Below are positions 9,142 through 19,392 of a stretch of DNA of 64,000 nt, piece by piece; position 1 is the first letter of the stretch; each line of letters begins with the position of its first letter. The notes under the pieces were generated by a model. The model saw only the letters and a program-made list of their open reading frames with translations. It made no database searches and was not told the DNA's origin. Source of the DNA: an uncultured virus (IMG/VR IMGVR_UViG_3300002488_000005) (Duplodnaviria > Heunggongvirae > Uroviricota > Caudoviricetes); IMG/VR virus record IMGVR_UViG_3300002488_000005, positions 1 to 64,000 of that record. The stretch is one strand, 5' to 3'. The position numbers were made by a program, and so were the translations under genes.

Positions 9142-9813
9142 ATGCAATGGATTCACGAATCAGCCAAAAGATCAAACAGACTGAAGGATCACTATAAAAT
9201 GCACGAGGTAGATATTTTCATTAAAGACCCTCTTCCTGAGAATTATAATCTAGATTTAGTCTTTAAAACATTCAAAAGACTTGTCCCTTCACATTTGATG
9301 TCTGGTATAGACATTATTTATATTGGACAATTTGATGTTTTCAAAAACAAAGAGGTCAATGCGGTGTTTCAAGATGGCGCAATTTATGTTACTAATGAAC
9401 AATCCTCCGAAAAAGACATGATTGATGACATTATTCACGAATTAGCTCACTCTGTTGAAGAAAGGCACACAGAGTTTATTTATGCTGATAGTGAGCTAAA
9501 AAACGAATTCCTTAAGAAAAGAAGAGTGTTACACACTGTGCTGGATGCGTACAATTATAATCCACCCAGTTCTTTGATTAATACTTTTCATTATGAAGAA
9601 GAGATTGATCTTTATTTATATAAAGAGGTGGGCTATGACTCTCTTTGGCAACTGATTGCTAATACGTTTCCAAGTCCATATTCAACCACATCTCTTAGGG
9701 AATATTTTGCGATTGGTTTTGAACATTATTTCATGAAAGATAAGACAAAAATTAAAAAACACTGTCCTGTATTATTTTCAAAACTTGAGGCTTTAGAATT
9801 TATGGAGGACTAA
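9142..9813 (+). CDS. zincin-like metallopeptidase
   Basis: IIHELAH (HExxH) plus downstream REYFAIGF third-ligand motif. Confidence 0.65.
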   Translation: MQWIHESAKRSNRLKDHYKMHEVDIFIKDPLPENYNLDLVFKTFKRLVPSHLMSGIDIIYIGQFDVFKNKEVNAVFQDGAIYVTNEQSSEKDMIDDIIHELAHSVEERHTEFIYADSELKNEFLKKRRVLHTVLDAYNYNPPSSLINTFHYEEEIDLYLYKEVGYDSLWQLIANTFPSPYSTTSLREYFAIGFEHYFMKDKTKIKKHCPVLFSKLEALEFMED

Positions 9814-10580
9814 TGAAGCACATATCTTATTCGGAATTAAAAATTTGGACTGAGTGTCCAAGAAAACACAAATTATTATATATTGATAAACTTAAAGGAT
9901 TTACAGGAAATGAATATACTGCTTTTGGTCGCTCTTTACATGCTCTATGCGAAAACGCTGTACAGGAGCTACTCGAAGAATCAGACTATGATGAGTTCTT
10001 TGATCTCCATTTTGAGAGAGAGTTGGCAGAATTGTCCGAAACAAGAGAAGAACTTGTTGAACAAATGCGAGGACAAGCAAAAATAATTAGTCCTCAAATA
10101 ATTCCTGCATTGAAAGAAACCTTCGGTGACTTCGAGGTTGTATCAGTTGAAGAGAAATTATATGAAAAAATATTGAACTTTTCCCTTGACAATCTTGTCT
10201 TTAAAGGTTATATTGACTTAGTAGTCAAAACTGATGATGGAAAATATCATATTATTGATTGGAAAACATGTTCATGGGGCTGGGATAGGGAAAAACGGTC
10301 TAGCAAAATGATCACATACCAGTTAACCTTGTATAAAAAATTCTTTTGCCAAAAGCACGATATTGATCCAAAAATGGTTGAAACACATTTTGCGCTATTG
10401 AAGCGAACAGCAAAAAAAGATAATGTCGAAATTTTTAGAGTTACATCAGGTCCTAAAAAGACTAGCAACGCAACAGATTTGCTACATAAGTCTCTTATCA
10501 ATATTGATAGAAAATTATATATCAAAAATCGTCTGTCCTGCAAGGGATGCGAATTTTACAAAACAGAACATTGTCCATAA
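9813..10580 (+). CDS. PD-(D/E)xK exonuclease, Cas4/RecB-like
   Basis: ISYSEL..WTECPRK, KGYIDLV, IIDWKT, YQL..Y, C-terminal CKGCEF....CP. Confidence 0.85.
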   Translation: MKHISYSELKIWTECPRKHKLLYIDKLKGFTGNEYTAFGRSLHALCENAVQELLEESDYDEFFDLHFERELAELSETREELVEQMRGQAKIISPQIIPALKETFGDFEVVSVEEKLYEKILNFSLDNLVFKGYIDLVVKTDDGKYHIIDWKTCSWGWDREKRSSKMITYQLTLYKKFFCQKHDIDPKMVETHFALLKRTAKKDNVEIFRVTSGPKKTSNATDLLHKSLINIDRKLYIKNRLSCKGCEFYKTEHCP

Positions 10581-10590
10581 CGGAGTATAA

Positions 10591-11856
10591 ATGACAAAAA
10601 AAATAAAAGTATTAACATTAGGCGACCATCCACTGTCGCCTTCTGGCGTTGGTTCGCAAACGAAATACATTTGCGAAGCACTGCTAAAATCAGGTAAATT
10701 TGAAATTATTTCACTTGGGGGAGCAATCAAGCATTCTAGCTACGAACCGGTTAAAATTGAGCCATATGGCGATGATTGGAGAGTAATACCGATTGACGGA
10801 TATGGAACACCAGAAATGATTAGGTCCGCACTCAGAACAGAAAAACCAGATATTTTGTGGTTCATGACTGACCCTAGATTTTATGAGTGGTTGTGGGTAA
10901 TGGAAAATGAAATCCGTCCATTGGTCCCCATGGTGTATTATCACGTTTGGGATAACTATCCATATCCATATTTCAATAAGAAGTATTATGATTCAAATGA
11001 TGCAATTTTTACTATTTCAAAAGTAACAGATGACATTGTGAAAACAGTATCTCCTACTGTGAGATCTAAATATATTCCACACGCAGTTGATTCAGACATT
11101 TTTAAAACCCTTACTGCTACCGAGAAACAGCAGGTAAGAGAACAACTATTACCAAAAGAAGATTGGGACAAAACAATATTTTTCTGGAATAATAGAAATG
11201 CTCGTCGAAAACAATCTGGTACACTTATTCATTGGTTTGCGGAATGGATTCAAAGCACCAACAACCAAAGTAATGCACAATTGATAATGCACACAGATCC
11301 AGCAGATCCTCATGGTCAAGACCTTAGTCATATTATTGAACATTTGGGTCTTGAAAACAGAGAAGTTCTAATCTCCAAAGACAAAGTAGCACCAGAACAA
11401 TTAGCTACAATGTATGGCATGTCTGACTGTACTATCAATATTTCCGACGCAGAAGGGTTTGGGCTGGCAACACTAGAATCACTATCGTGCGGGGTTCCAA
11501 TTATTGTGAATATGACTGGTGGCCTACAAGAACAGGTCACAGATGGCATTGAATGGTTTGGAATCGGACTCGTACCCACATCAAAGTGTATAATTGGTTC
11601 GCAACAAGTTCCATACATTTACGAAGACAGAACAAGTAAAAAACAGTTCTTCAATGCGCTGAACAAGATAATGGCACTTGGCAATGAAGGTCGCCGTGAA
11701 ATGGGCTTAAAGGGCCGTGAGCATGTTCTCAAGAATTATAACTTTACTGACTTCAATAATTCGTGGGTTGATGCAATGCAAAAGATTTATATCGAAGAAG
11801 GTTCTTGGGAAAATAGAGCCAACTATAGCAAAATTAGATTCAAAGAAGTGGCATGA
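10591..11856 (+). CDS. glycosyltransferase, GT-B fold (GT4-like)
   Basis: SGVG, IPHAVD, NRNARRK, EGFGLATLESLSCGVP. Confidence 0.9.
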   Translation: MTKKIKVLTLGDHPLSPSGVGSQTKYICEALLKSGKFEIISLGGAIKHSSYEPVKIEPYGDDWRVIPIDGYGTPEMIRSALRTEKPDILWFMTDPRFYEWLWVMENEIRPLVPMVYYHVWDNYPYPYFNKKYYDSNDAIFTISKVTDDIVKTVSPTVRSKYIPHAVDSDIFKTLTATEKQQVREQLLPKEDWDKTIFFWNNRNARRKQSGTLIHWFAEWIQSTNNQSNAQLIMHTDPADPHGQDLSHIIEHLGLENREVLISKDKVAPEQLATMYGMSDCTINISDAEGFGLATLESLSCGVPIIVNMTGGLQEQVTDGIEWFGIGLVPTSKCIIGSQQVPYIYEDRTSKKQFFNALNKIMALGNEGRREMGLKGREHVLKNYNFTDFNNSWVDAMQKIYIEEGSWENRANYSKIRFKEVA

Positions 11857-12071
11857 TTGACTATAATGGCAATTTGTGCCATTATCATTTTGTTAACACC
11901 AAGTTTAAAATTGGTGATTTGGTATCCACTGTTTTAGGCGAATATGGAATAATTGTTGATATTGGTGAACACATCAGATATAAATCTGATAACACAGAGT
12001 ACTACCATGTTCTGATTGGGCAACATGTCTATTGTTATTTGTCCTTCGCACTAATAAAAATAAAAAAATAA
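11853..12071 (+). CDS. small SH3/KOW-like protein
   Basis: KFKIGDLV...YGIIV...YHV, the same pattern as the array at 58.8-60.1 kb. Confidence 0.6.
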   Translation: MIDYNGNLCHYHFVNTKFKIGDLVSTVLGEYGIIVDIGEHIRYKSDNTEYYHVLIGQHVYCYLSFALIKIKK

Positions 12072-12080
12072 AAATAATAC

Positions 12081-12109
12081 TTGACAACATCATAAAAACA
12101 TGTTAGAAT
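12081..12109 (+). promoter_or_regulatory. sigma70-type promoter
   Basis: TTGACA, 17 bp ending in TGn, TAGAAT, upstream of 12133. Confidence 0.8.
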
Positions 12110-12132
12110 AATAATAGGAGCTAATAATAGCA

Positions 12133-13344
12133 ATGAAAAAGAAAATTTTTGTAAGGGGGCCGGTTCTGTCCCAAAGCGGTTATGGTGAACAATCCCGTTT
12201 TGCACTAAGAGCACTAAGATCAAGAGAAGACTTATTTGATATTTATATCCAACCGATCAATTGGGGTCAAACTGGGTGGGTTTGGGAGAATGACGAATTC
12301 AGAAATTGGATGGATTCTAAAATCACATTGACGCAAATCCTAATTCAAAAGAAGGAGCTACAACCAGACATTAGTCTACAGGTTACAATTCCAAATGAAT
12401 TCCAGAAAATATGCCCAATTAATATCGGTTACACTGCTGGAATTGAGTCGGACAGGGTTGCACCTGTTTGGCTACAGAAAGGCAATGAAGAGGTTGATAA
12501 AATCTTAGTTGTATCGAACCATGCAAAAACGACATATGAAAGTACGAAAGTGCAAGCTAAAAATAGTCGCACTGGGGAGACTATTCCATATTCACTAAAT
12601 AGGCAAGTTGATGTTGTCTGGGAGACAACACCGACATCTGAACCAGAACCAATTCACGAAATGAAATTGGATTATGATAATAACTTCCTTATTGTTTCGC
12701 AAATGGGTCCAAGGAAAAATTTTGAAAACTCAATAAGGTGGTTCGTCGAAGAGTTTATTGACCAAGAAGTTGGCTTGGTTATCAAGACCAACATCAAAGC
12801 TAATTCCATCACCGACTGGGACCATCTTCAAAAGAGAATGAAGAATATTCTTGCCCCCTATAGTGAGCGTAAATGTAAAGTTTACGTTCTTCATGGTGAT
12901 TTAACTTCCGGTCAAATGACTTGGTTGTATAATCATAACAAGATCAAGGCTCTTGTCAACATCTCACATGGCGAGGGCTTTGGTCTTCCTTTATTTGAAG
13001 CAGCCAGAGAGGGACTACCAGTTGTAACTGTTGGGTGGTCTGGGCAGCTAGATTTTTTACATCATGATGGCAAAGACTACTTCCAGTCTGTTGAGTACAC
13101 AATGCAGCCTATTCAACAACAAGCGGTCTGGGACGGGGTTCTTGATAGAGAGTCAATGTGGGCATATGCCAATCAAGGCAGTTATAAAATGACCCTTCGT
13201 AAAACGCTCAAAAACTGGTCAAAATGCAAAGAAACGGCAGTTGAGCTATCATCTATCATAAAAGACAAATTCAACGAAGAAAAGCTATTTGCGGGCTTCT
13301 GTGAAGCAATCTACAACCCAGATTCGGATATAGTTATTTTATAG
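12133..13344 (+). CDS. glycosyltransferase, GT-B fold (GT4-like)
   Basis: SGYG, PRKN, HGEGFGLPLFEAAREGLPV. Confidence 0.9.
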   Translation: MKKKIFVRGPVLSQSGYGEQSRFALRALRSREDLFDIYIQPINWGQTGWVWENDEFRNWMDSKITLTQILIQKKELQPDISLQVTIPNEFQKICPINIGYTAGIESDRVAPVWLQKGNEEVDKILVVSNHAKTTYESTKVQAKNSRTGETIPYSLNRQVDVVWETTPTSEPEPIHEMKLDYDNNFLIVSQMGPRKNFENSIRWFVEEFIDQEVGLVIKTNIKANSITDWDHLQKRMKNILAPYSERKCKVYVLHGDLTSGQMTWLYNHNKIKALVNISHGEGFGLPLFEAAREGLPVVTVGWSGQLDFLHHDGKDYFQSVEYTMQPIQQQAVWDGVLDRESMWAYANQGSYKMTLRKTLKNWSKCKETAVELSSIIKDKFNEEKLFAGFCEAIYNPDSDIVIL

Positions 13345-13355
13345 GAAGCCAATAA

Positions 13356-14399
13356 ATGAATGAGTTCATAAGATGCAATCTCTTTAGCGATAAAGCATTC
13401 AAAGTGCAAGATAGATTTGTTGTCAAACAAAAAGAACTAGTTCTCGACAGAGAGTTGACAAATGGTAAGTCAAGTTTTAATAAGGCAATAATTGATTATA
13501 AGTGTCAATGGCTAAGGCAAAACGATTGGCAGACAAGGCCAACTTTCATAATACCAATCAGAGATAGTTCTGAATTATTGCAGATAACAATAAAGAATTT
13601 TCAAGAGCACGGCATTGATAAATTATTCAATATAATTGTTGTTGACGATCGTTCAATTGAGGACATCAAGAAAATTACAATCATGAACAATTTATCTTAC
13701 CTGAGAATTGATAATGACAAAGGTTTCAATTTTTCAATGCTAAACAATATACCATGCAAAATTTGCTTTGAATTGGGAGTTGAAACGGTTATTTTCTGGA
13801 ATGCTGATTTGTGGCATGCTAAGAAAGCGTGGTTTTTAGAGTTGCTTGAAAGGCACTACCGGGACAAGTCAGTAGTTTCAGGTAGCAAGTTACTATACCC
13901 ACCAGCATCGATGTCGCTTTGTGGTGAAGACGACACAGCGAATATAAAAGAAAACTTTAAAACAAAATTAGGCGACTGGAGAGAGACAGTTCAATTTGGA
14001 GGAGACGGCTGGATTGCTATTGCCGAAAGAGACAGTATGCTCATTTATACGCCGTGCCACTCGTTACGATTTCAAAAGGCAGATAATCCAAGAGTGAATT
14101 GCGATAGAGGGAGTTTATTTGTAACTGGTGCGCTTCATGTTTGGAATTTAGAGGCTTTTATACAATTGGGAGGCTTTAACCCAACATTGTCTAAAAATTT
14201 TCAAGATAGTGACATTTGTTTGCGCCTATATAAGGGCGGAATCTGTCCCATGTATTATGGTAAAGATATTTTCTTTTATCATGATGAGTCTGCTGTTTTG
14301 AGTAAATATAACAAAAAAGATAAACAATTTCGAAGTGACGAAATCATCTTTTATAAACTATGGGATAAAAAACTACAGGAAATGATTTATGGATTATAG
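13356..14399 (+). CDS. glycosyltransferase family 2
   Basis: FIIPIRD, IIVVDDRS, FNFSMLNN, VTGAL, GGFN, QDSDICLR. Confidence 0.8.
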   Translation: MNEFIRCNLFSDKAFKVQDRFVVKQKELVLDRELTNGKSSFNKAIIDYKCQWLRQNDWQTRPTFIIPIRDSSELLQITIKNFQEHGIDKLFNIIVVDDRSIEDIKKITIMNNLSYLRIDNDKGFNFSMLNNIPCKICFELGVETVIFWNADLWHAKKAWFLELLERHYRDKSVVSGSKLLYPPASMSLCGEDDTANIKENFKTKLGDWRETVQFGGDGWIAIAERDSMLIYTPCHSLRFQKADNPRVNCDRGSLFVTGALHVWNLEAFIQLGGFNPTLSKNFQDSDICLRLYKGGICPMYYGKDIFFYHDESAVLSKYNKKDKQFRSDEIIFYKLWDKKLQEMIYGL

Positions 14400-15381
14400 A
14401 ATATTAGTAACAGGCGGCGCCGGTTTTATAGGACATCAAGTAATTTACAGATTGTTGAAAGATACAGATTATGATGTGGTCACAATTGACCGCTTAGATA
14501 CCTCTGGAAACCTAAACAGGATTCAGGAAGTCTTAGATGTAAACCCGGAATGGAAAAAAAGGTTTAGCTTTCATTGGCATGACTTAAAAGCCCCTATAAA
14601 CGAAACACTTAGAAAACAAATCGGAAAAATAACTCACGTTATACATTTAGCTGCCGGTTCTCACGTTGATCGCTCTATTGAAGATCCAATGTCTTTTGTT
14701 ATGGATAATGTTGTTGGTACGACAAATGCCCTTCTTTATGCAAAAGAGCTAGATGATCTTAAGATGTTTATTAACTTCTCCACCGACGAAGTATTTGGTC
14801 CCGCTCCAGAGGGTGTGGCCTATAAGGAATGGGACAGATATAACAGTGGTAACCCATATTCCGCTTCCAAGGCAGGCGCAGAAGAAATGTGTTTGGCATT
14901 CTGTAACACTTATAAAATGCCCATTGTTACAACGCACACAATGAACGTTTTTGGAATCAGACAACATCCAGAAAAATACATTCCCCTTTTGATACAAAAG
15001 ATTCGTGACGGAGAAACAGTAACAGTTCACTCGAACAAAGAAAAGACAAAAGCCGGATCCAGATTTTACATCAACACAGATGATGTTGCTGACGCTATTT
15101 TGTTTTTACTTGAGAACGCTGTAGTTGGCGACAAATACAACATTGTGGGTGAACAAGAGGTTGATAATTTAGAATTAGCAAACATGGTCTCAAAAATCAT
15201 GAATAAGCCATTGAAATACAAAATGGTTGATTTTCATTCATCAAGGCCGGGACATGACTTGCGCTATGCTCTGTGTGGTGAAAAAATGAAAAGTCTTGGC
15301 TGGACTCCAAAAGTGCCTGTACAAAAAAGGCTAAAGGAGGTTGTTTGTTGGACTCTTGATAATCAAAGGTGGCTAAAGTGA
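14389..15381 (+). CDS. rmlB: dTDP-glucose 4,6-dehydratase
   Basis: VTGGAGFIG, HLAAGSHVDRSI, STDEVFG, PYSASKA, QHPEK, RPGHDLRY. Confidence 0.9.
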   Translation: MDYRILVTGGAGFIGHQVIYRLLKDTDYDVVTIDRLDTSGNLNRIQEVLDVNPEWKKRFSFHWHDLKAPINETLRKQIGKITHVIHLAAGSHVDRSIEDPMSFVMDNVVGTTNALLYAKELDDLKMFINFSTDEVFGPAPEGVAYKEWDRYNSGNPYSASKAGAEEMCLAFCNTYKMPIVTTHTMNVFGIRQHPEKYIPLLIQKIRDGETVTVHSNKEKTKAGSRFYINTDDVADAILFLLENAVVGDKYNIVGEQEVDNLELANMVSKIMNKPLKYKMVDFHSSRPGHDLRYALCGEKMKSLGWTPKVPVQKRLKEVVCWTLDNQRWLK

Positions 15382-16067
15382 AAAATAAAAATGTAGTTTA
15401 TACTGCGATCTATGGCAACAAGGATACACTTAAGGACCCGCTGTATAATAATAGCGACTATGACTATGTTTGCTACACAGACAATAAAGACATAAAATCA
15501 AAAGTTTGGAAAGTTATTTACCATGAACCAATTAGTAAAGATCCTGTTAGGAGTGCAAAAATCTTCAAGGTCAAGCCCCACGAATTTTTGAAAGATTATG
15601 ATCTTAGTATTTGGGTGGATGCAAATTTTTTGATTTGCTCTGATTTGGGCGGATTTACAAGTCGATTTGGGGATCAAGCAAACATCTTAACATTTCAACA
15701 TGACCAAGGCAGGAATTGTATTTATGATGAGGCCAAGGTTGTTACTAGATTCAATAAGGACAACCCAGAAATTGTTAGTGCCCAAATGAAGAAATATAGA
15801 ACAGAACAGTATCCCGAACAAAATGGCTTAACAGCAAATTCTATTTTACTGAGGAGGCACAATAAAACGGATGTTATTGAGCTAATGAATTTTTGGTGGA
15901 ATGAGATTGAAAACCACAGCAGAAGAGACCAGCTAAGTTTTTGCTATAGTAAATGGAAATTGAAGACAAAAATGTTTATGCTAAAGTACCCAAACTACAA
16001 CATAAGATTAAATGAGTGGTTCCGTTGGTTACCGCACAACTACGAATCTCAACCATGGGAGTTATAA
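15378..16067 (+). CDS. DUF616-like glycosyltransferase
   Basis: VVYTAIYG..D, YVCYTD, FKVKPH, SIWVDAN, RNCIYDEA, SRRDQLSF. Confidence 0.8.
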   Translation: MKNKNVVYTAIYGNKDTLKDPLYNNSDYDYVCYTDNKDIKSKVWKVIYHEPISKDPVRSAKIFKVKPHEFLKDYDLSIWVDANFLICSDLGGFTSRFGDQANILTFQHDQGRNCIYDEAKVVTRFNKDNPEIVSAQMKKYRTEQYPEQNGLTANSILLRRHNKTDVIELMNFWWNEIENHSRRDQLSFCYSKWKLKTKMFMLKYPNYNIRLNEWFRWLPHNYESQPWEL

Positions 16068-16780
16068 TGCTACTATCAGTGATAATTTCAACTTATAATA
16101 GAAGCGATGTTTTAAAGAAAAATTTAGACTGTTTTCAAAACCAAACAGATATGCAGTTTGAGATTGTTGTGGGCATAGACGGCTCCACTGACAATACTGT
16201 GGATATGCTAAGAGAATATAAATCTGACTTTGAGATCAGATGGGTTGACTCAAAAGAGACGAATAAATACTGCTTAGCGAAAGTAAGGAATATGGCCCTT
16301 ATTGAAACCAGAGGCACCGGTGTTGTAATTCTAGATGATGATAGCTTTCCAACGCCTGAATTCATCGCAGAGCACAAATCGTCAATTAGGCCGAAGACAC
16401 TGACTGGCGGATATAGAAATTCTTTTGATCCCAAGGATCATTTGCATGCAAAAATGGCAAGATATTTACAATCTTATGGCTCTCTGAAGCCGACAAAAAT
16501 TAGAGAGATTTTAGTTGAAAACAATTGTTCAATGCTAAGAAAAGATTGGATTGGTTGTGGTATGTTCTCTGAAAGGTTTGAGGGCTATGGCGGAACAGGG
16601 CAAGAGTTTTTCTTGAGACTTAAGCACCTAGGGTTCGATTATCAGTTCAATCCACGAGCTATGATTTTTCACCATAAAGAGTTTGAGGGTGACAACGGAC
16701 TAACCAGAGAAATAAAAATGAGACAAGCAGCAGAAATGAAAAAACTAATAAATAAACACGCTTGGAGTTATAATGGTTAA
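16067..16780 (+). CDS. glycosyltransferase family 2
   Basis: SVIISTYNRS, IDGSTDNT, RN.A, LDDD. Confidence 0.85.
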   Translation: MLLSVIISTYNRSDVLKKNLDCFQNQTDMQFEIVVGIDGSTDNTVDMLREYKSDFEIRWVDSKETNKYCLAKVRNMALIETRGTGVVILDDDSFPTPEFIAEHKSSIRPKTLTGGYRNSFDPKDHLHAKMARYLQSYGSLKPTKIREILVENNCSMLRKDWIGCGMFSERFEGYGGTGQEFFLRLKHLGFDYQFNPRAMIFHHKEFEGDNGLTREIKMRQAAEMKKLINKHAWSYNG

Positions 16781-17441
16781 TACAGCAGATTTATTATCAA
16801 CCAGAATAGAGGAAATTGAATTGCCTCCAAAATACCTTGAGTTGTGGAATGGGATCAATTACCCAATCCAAAAAAGAAAAGCATCCAATTTCAGATTAGA
16901 TGAAAACGAAAAAGAAATAATCTTGAACAAACTTTCCAAAAGAGCATTTTTCCTTACAACGATCGCTGAGTATTTCAAAGCAAAAAATATTGTAGAAGTA
17001 GGAACAGCAGAAGGTTGGCAATTCTTTAGCTTCGCTGAATACTGCAAAAATGTTGATGGCAAGGTATGGAGTTGTGACATTGACGACAGAAGAAGCCAAA
17101 AGTACACAAAAGAGTATAAAGACACTGCGACTTTTGTTCTGGGTGACAGTAAAAAATTAGCAGAAGAGATAATTCAAAACGGAACTAAAATTGATTTATT
17201 TTATATCGATGGATCACACGACAGAAATGCTGTATTAAGAGATGTAAGTAACTTGAAGAGCATACAAAACCCAGATTCAACTCCTGTTTGGATTTTTGAT
17301 GATTATGATGAACGTTTTGGGTGTTATCATGACATTTCATTGATATTGAAGTCTGCCCCAAGTTATTTTGTTTATTCGCCCGGCAAGACAGCTAGTGGCA
17401 ACCCAACGCATCAGGCAATTATGAGAGGATTTTTTAGGTGA
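16773..17441 (+). CDS. class I SAM-dependent methyltransferase (Methyltransf_24-like)
   Basis: IVEVGTAEG, SCDID, GDS, IDLFYIDGSH, FDDY. Confidence 0.85.
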   Translation: MVNTADLLSTRIEEIELPPKYLELWNGINYPIQKRKASNFRLDENEKEIILNKLSKRAFFLTTIAEYFKAKNIVEVGTAEGWQFFSFAEYCKNVDGKVWSCDIDDRRSQKYTKEYKDTATFVLGDSKKLAEEIIQNGTKIDLFYIDGSHDRNAVLRDVSNLKSIQNPDSTPVWIFDDYDERFGCYHDISLILKSAPSYFVYSPGKTASGNPTHQAIMRGFFR

Positions 17442-18385
17442 AAATTTTATTTTTTGAAAGAAACCATGGCAATTCTTATTCCTATTATAATGAAATAAGA
17501 AATGCACTTGGACGCATGAACACTGTTTATCAATTTGGAAAATGGTCTCCAATAGGAGGACCGGAAATACATATTAATGATGTATTGAGCCTGTGCCCGC
17601 AAAAGCCGGATATAATTTTGTTTGGATTCGGATGGACAGATTGTTCTGAAAATTACCCCAAGCAAGTCAAAGGTCTCGACGCATGCAAAATCCCAGTCGC
17701 TGTGATCCTAAACAAAGAATATGCAGCATTAGATAAAAAACTTGATTGGATAAAGAAGATGAAACCGGAAGTAGCTTTTTGTGTTCATCATGATTATGAT
17801 GAGTATTCAAAAGTAACTGGTGTTCCGTTTTATCAAATTCCCTTCGCAGTTAATCCAAAAATATTTAAAAAGTATGATAATGAAGAGTATGATTGTGATT
17901 TTGGTTTTTCTGGTGTTATCAGACCAGAGCAAACAGAAGATTGGAGAGCTAAAATTGTCGAGAAGAGCAGCCAATGGTCTGACATTGAGTTTTCATTCTC
18001 GCAGCATCGACATGACTCTCTGGAATCTTACGCCAGAAGACTCAACAGATCAAGAGCATGGCTAAGTACAACAGGTCCAGCAGACCTTGTTGGGACAAGG
18101 TATTACGAAGTTATGGCCTTGGGCACTACTTTGCTCGTGTGCAATAGGTTTGATAGAGTTTACGATGGCCTATTTGAAGAAAATAAGCACTGTGTCATGT
18201 TCAGTTCTATCGAAGAATTAGAAGAAAAGATAAAATACTATTTGAAAAACCCAACAGAGATGAAGACTATTATTGACAATGCTATGAAACACACTTTAGA
18301 GAATCACACTTGGGACCACAGAGCGGAAAAAATCACAAAAATTCTGAAGGATGTGGCCTTTGAAACCAAAACAGGAGAATTGTAA
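17438..18385 (+). CDS. glycosyltransferase (CgeB/Glyco_trans_1_2-like)
   Basis: PFAVNP, FSG, RYYEVMALG, ENHTWDHRA. Confidence 0.8.
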   Translation: MKILFFERNHGNSYSYYNEIRNALGRMNTVYQFGKWSPIGGPEIHINDVLSLCPQKPDIILFGFGWTDCSENYPKQVKGLDACKIPVAVILNKEYAALDKKLDWIKKMKPEVAFCVHHDYDEYSKVTGVPFYQIPFAVNPKIFKKYDNEEYDCDFGFSGVIRPEQTEDWRAKIVEKSSQWSDIEFSFSQHRHDSLESYARRLNRSRAWLSTTGPADLVGTRYYEVMALGTTLLVCNRFDRVYDGLFEENKHCVMFSSIEELEEKIKYYLKNPTEMKTIIDNAMKHTLENHTWDHRAEKITKILKDVAFETKTGEL

Positions 18386-19392
18386 TGAAAAAAGCATTAG
18401 TATGCGGCGCAGGTGGCTTTATTGGTGGTCACTTGGTTAAGTTTCTGAAATCCAAAGGATATTGGGTTCGTGGGGTTGATTTGAAGCAGAACGAATTTCA
18501 AGACATTCATACAATCGCAGATGAGTTTTGTGTAGGCGACTTAAGAGATCCAAAATTTGTTCGTTCTGTCATCGACACAGGCATGGATGAAATTTATCAA
18601 CTAGCAGCCGATATGGGAGGGGCAGGTTTTGTCTTTACTGGTGAGAATGACGCCGATATTATGCACAACTCTGCACTGATTAATTTGAATGTTGCTTATG
18701 AGGCGTGTAAGAAGGGCGTAGGGAGAGTGTTCTATTCATCATCCGCCTGCATGTATCCAGAGCACAATCAGATGGATTCTGATAATCCCAATTGTATCGA
18801 AAGTAGCGCTTACCCTGCAAATCCAGATTCAGAGTATGGCTGGGAAAAACTATTCTCTGAAAGAATGTTTTTATCTTTTATGAGAAATAAAGGCCTTGAG
18901 GTTAGAGTTGCAAGGTTTCATAATATTTTTGGCCCTTACGGAACATGGACAGGTGGACGTGAAAAGGCCCCTGCTGCATTTTGTAGAAAAGTTGCCGAAG
19001 CTCCTGAGGGGAGTTCTGTTGAAATATGGGGTCCCGGAACACAAACTCGTTCGTTTTTGTATGTAGATGAGTGTGTTGAGGCAACGTATAGATTTATGCA
19101 TTCTGATTTTGAAGGACCAGTCAACATTGGCTCTGAAGAGATGATTTCGATGAATGATTTTGCTAAAATGATTATTGAGATAGCCGGAAAAGATCTGTCA
19201 ATTTACAACATTCAAGGAAAGGAATTTGAGGAAAAGTACGGGCACAAGTGCCCTGTTGGCGTGAATGGTAGAAATTCTGATAACGCCCTATACAAAAAGA
19301 TGGTTGGTTGGGTTGTATCTGAGCCTTTGCGTGATGGAATTGTAAAAACCTACAAATGGATTGAAAATGAGGTTAATAAAGATGAAAGCTAA
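18385..19392 (+). CDS. NAD-dependent epimerase, GDP-mannose 3,5-epimerase-like
   Basis: GAGGFIGGH, LAADMGGAGF, YSSSACMYP, YGWEKL, RFHNIFGP..TWTGGREKAPAAFCRK, GRNSDN. Confidence 0.88.
   Translation: MKKALVCGAGGFIGGHLVKFLKSKGYWVRGVDLKQNEFQDIHTIADEFCVGDLRDPKFVRSVIDTGMDEIYQLAADMGGAGFVFTGENDADIMHNSALINLNVAYEACKKGVGRVFYSSSACMYPEHNQMDSDNPNCIESSAYPANPDSEYGWEKLFSERMFLSFMRNKGLEVRVARFHNIFGPYGTWTGGREKAPAAFCRKVAEAPEGSSVEIWGPGTQTRSFLYVDECVEATYRFMHSDFEGPVNIGSEEMISMNDFAKMIIEIAGKDLSIYNIQGKEFEEKYGHKCPVGVNGRNSDNALYKKMVGWVVSEPLRDGIVKTYKWIENEVNKDES

Noticed and set aside
9813..10580. Cas4 as evidence of a CRISPR-Cas system
   Set aside because: Stand-alone Cas4-like nucleases are common in phages; no cas1/cas2 or array is seen.
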